Under the pieces are notes generated by a model. The model ran no database searches, was not told the DNA's origin, and was given only the letters and a program-made list of their open reading frames with translations. The position numbers and the translations under genes were made by a program. DNA of 64,000 bases, taken from Tubulanus polymorphus. Taxonomy: Eukaryota; Animalia; Nemertea. Location: positions 9,013,950-9,077,949 of the forward strand of contig NC_134026.1 of the NCBI RefSeq assembly GCF_964204645.1, in the 5' to 3' direction. Positions 50,301-63,100 of the stretch are shown here, piece by piece; position 1 is the stretch's first letter, and each line of letters starts with the position of its first letter.

Positions 50301-53300
50301 CGGAGTCTAATGCAATTACGAGATGATTCATCATTTTTCGATTCAAATAACAATAGTTGATTTCAATGTACCTCTCTCGCTACGTTGCTGGTTTTAACTT
50401 CTTGGATAACGGTGCCCATTATTATATAATCAACCGCATCTATTGGGAAGAGTCAAACAACATTCAATAGTTTTGATATCAGACATCATTTTTCCTCAAA
50501 AAAAAAAAAAAAAACACACAACCAATAAGCAAACGCTTCAGTCAAAATCATCAACATACCTTTTGAAATACCGGTTCTTTTTAAAAGCGACCTGCAAATA
50601 TGAAATAGTTCGTAGGTATCATTACCGGTTAATCAATAATCAAACATTCAAGCCACAAAGATGCAGGATAAACAAATCTCCACCGAAATATTTTACTTAC
50701 TGTAGCGCTCCTCTCGCCAGGTCATGGGGCATTAAATTGGCGTAAGTCGTGCCCGACTGTAAAAATGGAGTTCGCACGCCATCCACCAATACAATATTCT
50801 TAACTCCCGGCTTGGCCAAGCTTTTTTTCCCTGTTTTAGGCTCTGTGAAAATGACAGTTTGAAATACAAAGTCCTTAAACCAAGAATTAAAAAAAGCAGA
50901 ATTTTCAACGAATTGTGAAAATAAAGCTTACCATTTTTCGGTTTTGCGGCAGCCAGATAGTTAGTTGAAGTTCCCAAACATCTCAAATGACCTAGCAAAA
51001 ATAATAGCATATCAAGCATCATACATCTGACATGTGTAAGGATAGTCAATAGTGTCTTAAGTTATGGTGAAACCTCTAGGATGAACTTCAGGTAACCAGA
51101 AAATCTGATATTCATTCTTCAAAACGTGCACTTTTCTAATATTAGGCCTATTCAATATATAGCTATCATCACAGTTCATTAACGAGATTCATCAACAAGC
51201 CAGTTCGATGGTTCTTAATTCTTTTGATGCATCATAGACTGCACATAGACTGGAGAAAGGCCGAGAATGGCAAAAAATTGCTGATTCAAATGGGGCCATG
51301 GACCCAGTTCCACAGTAACTGTCAATTAAGTTTGACTCGAATTAAAATGCATTTTCAATCGATACCCGGTAAGTATTCTTCGTGTGTGAAACTTAACGCA
51401 CAGTCTAGTCACTGACTATCAGTCACTGTGCTAGTCACTGACTATCAGTCACTGTGCTAGTCACTGACTATCAGTCACTGTGCTAGTCACTGACTATCAG
51501 TCACTATGCTAGTCACTGCCTATCAGTCACAGTGCGAGTCACTGACTATCAGTCACGGTGCCTTCAGGGCCAGTTGTGAGCAGTCATGGCTTAGATTCAA
51601 GACCATCTTAGTTCGATAACTAACCTTAAGACCAGTCTTAGGATTGAGGATCACTTTGCGATTTAAGCCCAGGGCCCAGTTTCGTGAAAAAGTTTAAGCC
51701 TAAATCGGTTAAGTTTGAATTGTTGCCCTCTTTGAAAACATGAAGTAACCAATGGTGATTACACCAAAAATTTGAGGTTAACTTTTTTGTGAAACTGGGT
51801 CCTGAACATAGAATAGTTTGAGGAATGAAAATGTTCATTAAGCAACAGCCAATAGAACGGTGAAAGCAGTAGTTTCGATTCACTCGAAAAATCACTCATG
51901 TTATTATGTACGATAGCAAAATCAGCGCTCCCCGACGCATACACCTGCTTAAAATAACAGATTTAAAATGTCATAAGTAGCACCAGCTGGATCTGTGCCA
52001 CTTTATACATAACATGAGGATTCTATCATCCGATATAATATCAAACTGCCAACCATTCATGCCAACCATAGGCCACGTTCATTCTGATGAACAGGGCAAG
52101 AACATGTATCATAAGGCCACGTTGGATTATGGATTTGATTGACTTGAAATGATAATTGAAAAAAATAAAAATAAATTTTTAATTCATTTCTGATTAAGCG
52201 ATCAGGGAGCAGGATTTAGAAGAAAAATTAAACTTGCCCTATTTTGGAGGTTGTTTGGGATAATAATTATAACCAAATTTTTGTCTATTTACTGCCTACA
52301 CTCAAACTGACACCACCGTTTTTGCAAGTGATGCTATTTTTATGTGTGATGATGTGGCAGAGGAAGAGAATAATGAATGTTTGATTTCATTTCCATATCT
52401 ATGCTTGAAATAAGCGGGCGGCAGGAAAAAATAAAAATAAAATTTTCTTTATACATGTAGAATTGGAAAAATTTGGCAGCGGATCAGTAATCCAACTAAA
52501 AAAAAGCTTAATCAACAGATTCCTTAATCGACATTATTCAATTATAATTCATAACTCTTAAACTCTTCATTCTTCAACCCTTTTGTGGCATTAGTAGTGG
52601 TTGTTGAACAAGATCGACAAATATGATACTCTGTGAGGGACTCTGCAGTTCACTGTGTCAAGCAAGGATCCACCAGATGATTTTGAAAAATGACGCTGAA
52701 TTTCTTCTCAGAATCAATGCCTATCCGTAATTTCTCAAATCCTATGAATCCTGAATATCAATCCGAGTTTGATTAGAGACATGATTTGCTAATATAATCA
52801 TAATTTTTTTCTATAGGCCTATAAAGGCTCAATAACCTTAATTTTGATAAAGTTGTCCTACTATTCCGAGCACCATCTCACAGGATAGTTGGTGGCACAG
52901 GGTTTATTGCTTCTTGTGCTTGTGAAGCAGTTTAATTCGTGGCGCGGCTCAACACTAATCATGAAGTGGAATTTACAAGTTCAACATCTTCAGTTCTGAA
53001 ATTTGCTAATCCCCTTTTCAATCAAGGCAAAGAGAATCAGAGCTATCAAGGCGAAGCTGGTAACAGACTGTGAAGCAGTCAATCTCAACGAAAGGGAAGT
53101 GTAAGACTGACCAATTCCGATATTCACTCTTCATCAGGACCACAGTCAATAGGAATCACCAATACAACAACGCAGTCAGCCAAACGACTCCAAAGGGAAT
53201 CCTAGCTGCCATCTGCGCTACAGAGACCAGCACCTTACGTTCACTTTTCTTTCTTCTGTTGCATACAGGACCAGGCCTGCCACATTTAGCTACGTATTCC

Positions 53301-53847
53301 AGTTACAGATAAAATGAACAATTCCAACACAAAAAGAGTTAACTAGTTAGGCTTGAAGGCTCTTTTGGTTGATGCCTGTCACAAATTGTCAAAACGCCAG
53401 TCAGTCAGTTGAGTTGTTGAATGAAATATCACCGACAGTCACTACTGAGTCAGTTGTACAAAAAAAAACTTGGTTGTACAAGATTAGTCAATATGGCTAA
53501 TAGGAATGCAAAAAGACTCAAACATTAAGCTAGAAGGCATCTATCACCACACTGTCAATGTCAGGTTACTGACGAATCTACTTGTTTTATGATGAATAAA
53601 CTTGAATTGAATTGAAGCGGTGTGATGTCAGCCGGTCAAAACAAGAGAACATATCGGGTGGCATATTCAACGTCCCACTGACTCCGACTGAGACAATTTT
53701 CATCGTCAAAATTAGCATAGGACTGAAAAATGTTCACTGAATTTTACATATTTGCTCCTACTACTCAATGATTTGACCATTCGACGTACCTAATTTGGAA
53801 TTTATTTGTGAAATCACAGCCGGTCTGCAAAAAATTGACGACGCCAT
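41385..53847 (-). CDS. hadhb: Mitochondrial trifunctional enzyme subunit beta (3-ketoacyl-CoA thiolase), 14 exons, 479 aa
   Basis: Exons 53847-53790, 50991-50932, 50842-50701, 50591-50560, 50439-50372, 49736-49649, 48759-48476, 45993-45906, 43766-43642, 43248-43121, 42974-42887, 42459-42385, 42217-42053, 41423-41385; GT-AG and in phase. [15 protein letters not shown] (catalytic Cys), [30 protein letters not shown] on the minus strand at 41054-41059. Confidence 0.95.
44019..45280 (-). mobile_element. HINE copy 3 (longest), in a hadhb intron
   Basis: Same termini; units at 44094, 44248, 44403, 44557; longer (GTCC)n tract; retains the internal segment missing from copy 1. Confidence 0.88.
45556..45596 (-). 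ncRNA. Minimal type I hammerhead ribozyme motif
   Basis: Minus strand CTGATGA-T-GGCTTA(TAGTGT)TAAGCC-GAAA-CG-TT: full core, perfect 6-bp helix II, palindromic ACGT in place of helix III; helix I only ~2 bp. Confidence 0.65.
46241..46320. mobile_element. Short Harbinger-type MITE-like hairpin
   Basis: CCCGGTTCCATAGTCAGGGC...GCCCTGACTATAGGACCGGG; related GG.CC.GTT termini recur near 40080, 40157, 42663, 43025, 51300 and 51567. Confidence 0.6.
46540..48070 (-). mobile_element. Decayed RLE-type non-LTR retrotransposon (R4/Dong-like) RT fragment
   Basis: [61 protein letters not shown]-terminal [12 protein letters not shown]; several frameshifts and deletions. Confidence 0.8.
49037..49211. mobile_element. 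pogo/Tigger-type MITE
   Basis: TA|CAGTCAACCCCCGATATACC...GGTATATCGGGGGTCGACTG|TA. Confidence 0.85.
51405..51561. repeat. 26-bp minisatellite, ~6 copies
   Basis: Unit CTAGTCACTGACTATCAGTCACTGTG. Confidence 0.92.
51672..51802 (-). mobile_element. Harbinger-type MITE, uninterrupted copy of the element at ~30033-30975
   Basis: GGGCCCAGTTTCGTGAAAAA...TTTTTGTGAAACTGGGTCC; its reverse complement matches both flanks of the hAT-like insertion. Confidence 0.8.
52930..53312 (+). mobile_element. Highly decayed LINE (CR1/L2-like) ORF2 3' end
   Basis: [21 protein letters not shown] resembles the terminal SFFxRTxxxWNxL motif. Confidence 0.4.
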
Positions 53848-53850
53848 TTT

Positions 53851-53863
53851 AGACCTCTGACCT
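53851..53863 (-). promoter_or_regulatory. DR1-like nuclear receptor element just upstream of the hadhb ATG
   Basis: Minus strand AGGTCA-G-AGGTCT, 3 nt before the ATG. Confidence 0.4.
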
Positions 53864-56346
53864 CATATGGATCGAGGCTCGCGCGAATTTAGGGAAAGTA
53901 GAAAAATGGATTTCTAACAACAAAGGCTAAACGGTGCTCCTTCGTTTAAGTCGCAAGCGGTGTGTTCGAACGATAAAATCCTGTATTTTTAAGGGATGAT
54001 TGAATATCCATATTTCAAGACAACGATGACTGCGAGAAAAGTTGGCTGAACCCTTGGCTTAGGCTATACAAAGTCCTCTCATCGGGCTCAGCCTGACTGT
54101 CAAGTCAAATTTAAAATTTTGCTGCCCAGGTCCTCGTCTCACTCAGTCCAACTTAACTTACACAATTCAAACAAATCGCAAGCACATCTTTCCTCACAAC
54201 TTTTTTCTAATGAACCATCATCATGCCAGATGATGTTGATGATGGGCAAATTAAAATATCAATCAAATGGCTGACACACCCATGAATTATAACCATATCA
54301 ATGGGACCTGTTTAGAGTGATGATCAGATAAAAGGCCTGCCCTGAAGAGGTTGACCCATATAGAGGGAGTATGCATGGCAACAGTTAATTCACCCACTAC
54401 CAACCAGCCAACCACAAAACCTTGGATAAATGACGCGAGAAACACATTCCTCTCGTATATACGTTAGTTATATTTTTCTTTGTACAAAATTTTTTCAAAA
54501 CAATTGATAAATGCATCAGAAACATTTCCACAATAATTCATTTTATAAAGCAGGACCAATCTAGAAATACATACAGGTCAAATTTCAATATTTTACAAGT
54601 TCATTACATCTAAAATACTTTGCATATTGATGATTTTAATTTCACCTCAATCAACAAAGAGCCGAGACGCACTTTTCTAACCACGCGCAATTATCATGCT
54701 TCAATATCAAAATCATCACAAACTATTATTACGAATATTTTGGCAGGATATATAAGACAACGTCAGTGTTAAGACTGAGAAAACCTGAACTTATTTTTAA
54801 ATGAATTCTTCCCGACTTTTCGATATACAAAATAGATTCTTTTATTCTTAGTATGGAAGACATGCTCATTAATTAGAACTTTTCGTCTACAAAAAATAGC
54901 ACCAATTTATTAAGAGTAACTTTTAGATGGTTCAATGCATTGATCTCATGAACAGCATAGTAATACAAACGGCGTTTAGTAATAAAAGCACAATAAGTTG
55001 TGACCCAACCATTCATTCATACATTCATTCCTCGATTCACAGAGATGGAGCCTCTGACGAACAATTGACTATCCAAGCTGATGCCCAGCCAGCCATTCAA
55101 TGCATGAATGACACACAGAAATGCAAAAATTAACAACATAATAACACCAAGCTTCACAAGGCAGGAGATATAATCGTACTACAATTGGATGAAGAAGCGT
55201 CTGATCTTTAAACTGGCTATAAATACACACAGTACAACTCTCAAGATAGGCGAGGATTGTGTATTCAGTTCGAAATGAAGATAGATATATTAATCTACCA
55301 ATGTTCTTTCTTCTAATCGGACCAAGCCGGCTAGCTAGCTCAGGGAGACAAATGATGGGGGTGAGCACAGAGACTACTAAAGTACAAGGGGCTATCTATC
55401 TGCCTATTCAAACAAGCCAGTAGGTCATAACTGTTTGTCAACAATGAAAGCTATCAGTCATCCTGCCATAGCAATAAAACAGGGGAAAAGTCAAATCAAC
55501 TAAATAATAATGAAAACACTTCGGACAGTTATCAATAGGATCCCAGACCACTCACTAATCATAATCATCAAGCGAACCGACACCAAAAATTCACACAGGA
55601 TTTCGTATCATTTGCATAGATATTTGCATATAGTTATGTGCGCGTACGATGGGCGCCAACTGACCTTACATAATAATAGAGGCAAATTATAAAACGCACA
55701 CTCTACAAATATCCATTGTTTTATACCTCTATGGAAAACAAGTGACTAGAAAACATACACCATACGTTGATGCCAAGAGCGTTGACCTCTTAATCAATTG
55801 ACAACTACATCAATCAGAATGATGTACACAAAATTTTGACAAATGAGAAATGCTACACGAAATACTCTTATCCTCATATTCCGATACAAAAAAAAAATAG
55901 TTGAACTCCAAAATGCAAAATTCGTATGACTTCTTCAGAGAAAAATTCTGAACATTTTTGAAAACAATTTCGAACGTTTAACGCAAGAGTAGATGATACG
56001 TCAAGAAATTAATCAATAGAAATTCCATCTGAATCATTTCAACTCATGAACTCGACAAACCCGTAAAAATAATGTTTACAAACTATCTTCACGACAAAAA
56101 AAAGAAGAAATATTTACAATACATAACTCAAAATGTTAATTCAATCGAACAAAAACAGTAGAAGCCTGCTCAAGTTGATTCTTTCCCGTATGTCATGTCG
56201 AACGTCTTGGGCATTTTCACGTAAGTCGGATAAAGATCCTGTTCTAGAAAGATCAGACTTAACAAGGCTTTATCTGCATAATAAATCCGCACAGAGGCAG
56301 CGCACGTGTTAAAACAGCTTATCATATAAAAAAACGTCACGTCTCG

Positions 56347-58690
56347 TTAGACCATCAGGTCGACGTTCTCGCGGCGTAAATTCTTCTCCGACTCCAACTT
56401 CTCCAACTGACCGATCGCGACGTCGACTAAAATGTTGAAACAGCGAAACAAATCGTCTTTATCGTTATCGCTCTGCGACGACGACACGGGCGGCGTGTGG
56501 TCGCCGTCGCTCGACCCGATTGCGTCGGCGAACTGAGACATGTCGTCGTCCGACAATCGCGAACCCGTCGTCTGATAGTCGCTACTGTTTGAGTCGGTGT
56601 CCGAGCTGTAGTCACTGCCGTTGTAACGATTCGAATATTGCGTCAGAAAGTTCGGGTAATCGTCGTCTTGGTCGCTGCCGTAGCCGATCGGCTGCGGCGT
56701 CCACGAGCTTTTGAACTTTTTCGGACCCGAATTGCGCGTCATGCCCGAGTGTTTGTGCTTGCGAGTGATCGTGAACTGCAGCGGATCTTGGCCTTCGCGT
56801 TTGATCATTTCGGGTAGAATTCGACGCCGCGCGTTGATGAACCAGTTACAAACTTGCAACACGGTCAAGTTCGCCATTCTCGCCAGGTCGATTTTCTCCT
56901 GGTCGCTCGGGTACGCGTTGTACCGGTGGTCGTACAGCCATGCTTTGAGAACTTTCACGGCTTCTTTCGGTAGATTACCGCGCGGCTTTTTCTGTTGTTT
57001 CTTGCTGTCGTCGCTGCTTCGCGAAGCGTCGTCGTGTTCATCATACGTAGTGTACCAGAGTTTATCATCGTTACGCATACCTGAAAATAAGATCACGATT
57101 TTCTAGTTAATTATGCAGTGGCATTAGAAGAGCAGCAACTGCAGCGGCCAAAGCTGTGGCAATAATTTACTGAATGACTTTTTTTTTCTCGAAAACCACG
57201 TTTAGAGATTAAGTCAATTCGTCGTGGCAATATTAAGAATCTGTCCAAAATCGGCATTTGGTCGCAGTAATAAAACATTGCTTCCAACATGCCTGTTATG
57301 CAACTGTCGATTATCTTATATTTCTTTCGTAATGGTTACCACTGTTGTCAATATGAATAGGCTAGGAGCTACCCCTCTCTTATCACAGGGGTTTGGCGAT
57401 GGGCTTGGATTTTATTTCCGGGTTGTTGATAATCTCGCGAGAATGGCGCTAAATATGAACTGCGAATAAATTCAAAATATCACGGAAATACCTTGTGTTT
57501 ATATTGTTTATTTATCCGCTATAAAGTTTCGATAAACAATTGGTTGTTAAGAATCATTATCAGACGGTTGTCACGCTTTACTATATAAAATCACAAGGGA
57601 TGAAACGCCAGGCCTCCGCTGTACTTAAATTTTCAGCCAGAAAGTTTGGACAGTCACGTGACATTCTGATGACGTCATCGCATTTAAAACTTCAACACGA
57701 AAAGTTAACATATTCACAGACCGATATCAATTGTCAGATTATGATTCATATGAAATAAATAACTTATAAAGAATAAATTATGATGAAATATATAATTCAT
57801 AGTCAAAAAATGCATTTGAATGTAAGTTATTCTCAAACATTTTTCGTATCATAGTTTCCATCTTATATGCTTCAGGTTCGCGTTCAGTCAAATAAGAAGC
57901 GTTAAGTCACGTGACTGTCCAAACTTTCTGGCTGGCACGACTTGAACTGCGTTTCATCCCTTGTGATTTTATATAGTAAAGCGTGACAACCGTCTGATAA
58001 TGATCCTTAACGACCAATTGTTTATCAGAACTTTATAGCAGATAAATAAACAATATAAACACAAGGTATTTCCGTGATATTTTGAATTTATTCGCAGTTC
58101 ATATTTAGCGCCATTCTCGCGAGATTATCAACAACCCGGAAATAAAATCCAAGCCCATAGCCAAACAACCAACTGCCCTTTAATCTTGACTTAGGTTTAC
58201 ATCAAATCTATATACCACAGGGGCTCGTCACGATAGCTGGGGGTCCAAAATCAAAGATTTGACCCAGTATCCTAGGTACCACCTGTAAAAAAAGGCCTTT
58301 TTTATAGGTGGTACCTAGGATACTGGGTCAAATCTTTGATTTTGGACCCCCAGCTATCGTAACGAGCCCCTGTGCTATATACTATTTTATCATGATCGTA
58401 AATATTTCGACATCAAACGCCCCATTTATAAACATATTTACAGTGTGTTAAACGAATTAACCATCAGATTCTTTATAAATTACGAAACACGAGGTCGTAA
58501 CCTCTCCCGCTCACAACACGAGGCGCCGCCATGCCGTTTTGTTGTATGTGTATAGCGATCAAAAACCCGAACTGTCAAACAACTCGAGTCGATAACATCG
58601 AAATTAAGCGTTTAACTTACCATCTTTTTTCGCGTCAGCTACGGTGATATATCTAGATATTACGGGGATGCCGATAGTTGTCGGGTCCAT
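56347..58690 (-). CDS. tgif: TGIF-class TALE homeodomain protein; first exon ambiguous
   Basis: Main exon 57080-56347: [26 protein letters not shown]...[33 protein letters not shown]-terminal FNILVDVA (Sin3-interaction-like). Two phase-compatible first exons: 58690-58621 or 58532-58502. Confidence 0.92.
57384..58166. mobile_element. Foldback element with ~270-bp inverted arms; right terminus missing
   Basis: Starts CACAGGGG; arms 57391-57662 and 57906-58166 are close reverse complements; no terminal CCCTGTG or TSD on the right. Confidence 0.8.
58216..58374. mobile_element. 159-bp near-perfect palindromic MITE with 8-bp TSD
   Basis: CACAGGGGCTCGTCACGA...TCGTAACGAGCCCCTGTG centred on AAAAAAAGGCCTTTTTT; CTATATAC at 58208-58215 and 58375-58382. 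Confidence 0.92.
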
Positions 58691-60187
58691 CGCTTGAATA
58701 GGCTGTTTGACGGTAAATTCTGATGTTTTCGCCCTTCCTCGTGGTACGCTATCTCGCTGACAAGCCGGCGGCGTGGTGGTGAGTTCTGACAGCTGCCAAA
58801 GCCACGTGGCTTCGACGGATTTAGACGCGGACCGATTTATTCTCTCACAAAGGGGTAGTAGCCTCAATGGCGGGAAACTTAATATTGAATATTCGGACAC
58901 CCCAGTTACGATATAGTCGAAAATAATACTTCCTATCATAGGTATGACTTAAATTTATCATTCAGACGCATCTTTCAAGAAATTTGGTTAGAACGCTGTT
59001 ACGGCGATATGGTTGTAAGTTCGTAATTTACCTGTTGAACGCTATCGGCTTAATGACACCGACCTTCTTTTGTCCCGCTCACCTATATTTCGACCAATCA
59101 GATCGCCGGATTTGACGAGGTCGCAACGGCGAGGTTTTAAAAGTAAACAACGAATTGTCAAATTATAAGCTAGTTTGATTATCATGCGATTATTCGTCAG
59201 TTTTGTCAACAAAAGAAGTTTATTTCGTTGCTAACTTAATTGCTCACTTTTACAACATAGCAAATTTAGAACGATAATATTGCCTTTATAACGAATTTGT
59301 CAATGCTAGCAAGATTTATGCGATATGATAGGCCTATCTGTTGATCATTTTCGTAAACAAAAGATTTCATTCATCCCATGTTCATGGCTTAGTAAGCAGA
59401 TTTTCTTCAAGAGATCGATGAATTAATTAACCTGATGAATGGAAGAAAGAACTAATATTTTAAAGCTCGAATCCGACCATCATAGTTAATTTGACGCAAC
59501 TGCAAAAACGCCACAAAAATGATTACTTTCCTCCTCAAGCTAAACAGGCTTAAAGGGCATCTCGCCAACCTCCCTGAAACGCGTATCGCATCAATTAATC
59601 CGTCGCATTTAATCGCTTGGCCAGAGATTAGAGCTTGATCGTCGGTTCTAATCCATTTTGAGTCCATTCTCAATCCCTAATTTAAACTGCTTTTGTTTCA
59701 ATAATTCTCGGGCAGCTCCAAGTCTTTGTTCGTGACCCGCCTGTGTGTGCCTCATTACAGCTGTGCGCATTCAGCGTACACACCTGTTGACAGTGCATTG
59801 TATATTGCAAGCCAACACAAATCCTCCCAAACTCAGACAAAACCATTTGACTTCGGAGATAAAATCAATGAAACAGCCTTCCTGTTACCGGTATTCGAAA
59901 CTTCGTCAAATAATACGTTATTAGAAAAACCTCATTTGAATGGTTAATGTGTACATAATTTCTCATGAACATATCGACCGTTTTTAACCATCAGAACGAA
60001 GACAAAAAATCAATTTCAGTCGATCTTGTGAATTTTATTTTACAGAGTCATTATTTACAAAAATATTATCAACGACTATTGATATCGATTAAATGCATGA
60101 ATTCATTTCAAATTAAGATTCTTAAATATGTGCTGGCACATCCTTTCATCAAACTTCGCGCAGAACCATCTCTATTCAAAAACGAAA

Positions 60188-63100
60188 TCAAGCTACTTCG
60201 ATAGCCGTCGTCAGACTGTCCAGACCTGACCACCGGGATTCTTCCATCGCTTTGAAAAATTCCTGAAATTCAAGACAACACTATTTAGTTCCAACTCATT
60301 GCAGAATGGACGCATAACGCAAAAAAAACGAACTTACATCATTCTCCTCGATATAAGCTTCATTTTCTTTCTCAATATCGATATCCTGTCCGGGATCTGA
60401 AAAAATCAGTAAGATATAAATCAATAAATTTTAAGTAAATACAATTTATGCGTATTTACACAATTTGGAGACAATGTCCCCGGAAAAAATTGTCCCAGTC
60501 AATCATTACTAATTTAGTAAATTTCACATCAAAACAACATCAGATAATAAAAACTTGGTATCTGTGTAGTAAATTGCACACTAACCATGAAAAAAGAATT
60601 TACTATTGAATTTAATGCGCAGTTGCTAAATTACGTATCATTAATGGAGAAAGTTATGAAAAGTTATTAAGTAAATGCAGTTACTTCAATTAATACATCA
60701 AATTTAAGAAGATTTTAAATTTATAATACTAATAATTGAATAAAAGTAGAGCCACTATTTGTTATCAAATGTTAAAATTGTAATTGAAATGTATTACCAA
60801 GTTTGTTCTCAGGTGTTATGATGTAAAATTAACTACATTACCAAGTTAGTAATCATAGACTGGGACATTTTTCCGGGGACATATTTTCCGGGACATTTTT
60901 ATCGTATACCCATAGATTGTAAAAGTGTTTGAGATTTTAAAACATTTTGAATTTGAGCTCTTTAATTTGGCAATCTTGATAATTCTATAAATCCTACAAT
61001 CCACTTCGCAAAATTCATTAAAACAAAAGGCTTAGATGTACATAGATCCCTTCAATAGCAAGTATGTTGTAAATAGTGTATGTATATATTGTTAATCACT
61101 TTGTTATATTTCATTAAGACAAGTTTCTATTTTCTGTTGATTGTAAAAATTGTATATTTTATAGTCCCCTCCATGTACCATCAAAATAGTTGGAGTGTAT
61201 ATAAAATCCTAATCCTTATGAGTAATATTTTCCTCCGCATACCATGGAAATGGTTGTAGTGTAAATACATTTGTATTCGTATTGGTAAGTCTAGATGTAC
61301 ATAATACCCTCCAAGGGTATGTCCAAATTATAAATAGAATGTTGTGAATAGCATTATGTTTTGAAATGCTTTTATTTACTGTTTTTGTAATTTATTGTAA
61401 ATACTATTTTTTCCTCTATATATTATGGAAATGGTTGGAGTGTAATAAATTTTCATATTCGTATGCTGAATACAGTAAAGCAAGTAAGTTTAACTTAATC
61501 ATTTATGAAATATCTTTCAATCTGTATCTAAAAAATCGATTTAAGAGTCCTCGTTAATATCTATAAAAAAATCTCTTGATGAGTGCCGTTTAACTCATAT
61601 TTAGAAAGATGATGGGCCTTCTCAAGGTGAATAAAAACAGATTCTCCATGACAAACACCTTCAAAAAACTATTTCCACAATATATGCTAATGTGATATAC
61701 GGTAGAACTGGCGTTAAGTCGGACAGCTTTAAGTCGGAAAATTGACAAAATTGGCCGAAATTCCAAGGTTCCAATTTTTTCAATTCATTTTCCTATCAAA
61801 ATCTGCCTCAAAGTCGGATTCTAGAAGTCGGAAGTTAGTATGTTAGTACTGTAGTATGTTCGATGAAAACTTGCTGGACAAAATTTATATATTGCCCCAC
61901 CCCCACTATTGCCGTCAAAAAACATATACCAAGTTTCTGACATGATCCTATCACTGCTTTTGCCGCGCATAAATACAAATTATCTAGACAGATGATGCAC
62001 GTGCCTACTGAAAAGTGGCATGTGAGCAGGACGTAACAAACGGGTAACCAATGGTAGCCAATTAATAAATCTATGAAACATATAACAAATATGCTACAGA
62101 TATAGCCAAATTTTGAAAGGAAGTTAGACTTAATTATCAATAACGAAAATCTGCCTTAGAAGTAATCAATCCCTATGATAGCGAGATGGGTTTGCATGCC
62201 TACAAGGCCATGACAATCAATACCAAAATGTCTGCCATTTGCGAAGTAGGTTTGAATAAACGACGTACCTTCTAATGCCTCTAAATCATCATAAGCTTCT
62301 GCTTCGACCTCCTACAATAGAGAAATTCACTGCAAGTGTCATAACCAAATAAACTGTATAAGGGCATAAGGACTCTGGATGGTTTTTGAACAGGATTCCA
62401 CACTGCACACAGTGAGGTGCTGGCACACACCAGATGACGGAAAAATACACTCATCTAATTAACACAGTCAACTCCCAGTTATCTGCCCTCCGTTTATCCA
62501 CCTAGTGAAAGCCTAGTCCCAAATTAATAAATACTTTTAGCTTCCGATTTTTCGCCATCATCCATATCCGCCATCTGCTTTTTCTGAGCAGATCTTACAA
62601 TAAAGGTTAATCACTTCCATATGTTGTCCTCCAACTCACCCCCCTTGTGAATATCTTTGTTAGACTACAGGGACTACCAGTATCTAACTCTTGTCAGAGT
62701 ATAATTGATGAACATTTTAAATGATAGAACAACCTTCTAACTACTTCAATGAAACAGTTCATGTGTTTATAGAAAATGGCTACATAATACAATGAATTCG
62801 TTATGAGTTCATTTCTTCGGATGTCTTGAAGAAAATCAAAATTTCTTAAATTCATTTATCCGCCGAAATTGCGGAGGTCCAATATAGATTTAACTGAAAA
62901 ATTGATTTACGAATGAGAAAATGCGTTACAAATGAAGTTATGAATTATAGCGCGGTTACTCTGAATACCGTAACCATTAACAAACTTGTCACGAGAGTGG
63001 TGCATAACCTCATCGTGATTATTATATTTTAATCTGGAGTCAACATAAGTTCAACTTCCATTTTATGTCAACTGTAGAACCAAGTCCATTATAGTTCAAG

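Noticed and set aside
50146-50370. pogo-type MITE supplying a hadhb splice donor
   Set aside because: The two putative TIRs match poorly.
56427-57106. Overlapping or antisense ORFs on tgif (similarly 4216-4539 and 47338-48012)
   Set aside because: Explained as shadow ORFs of GC-richer coding or repetitive sequence.
60188-60190. Selenocysteine readthrough of the trnau1ap TGA
   Set aside because: The stop falls where the known protein ends and I could not identify a convincing SECIS downstream.
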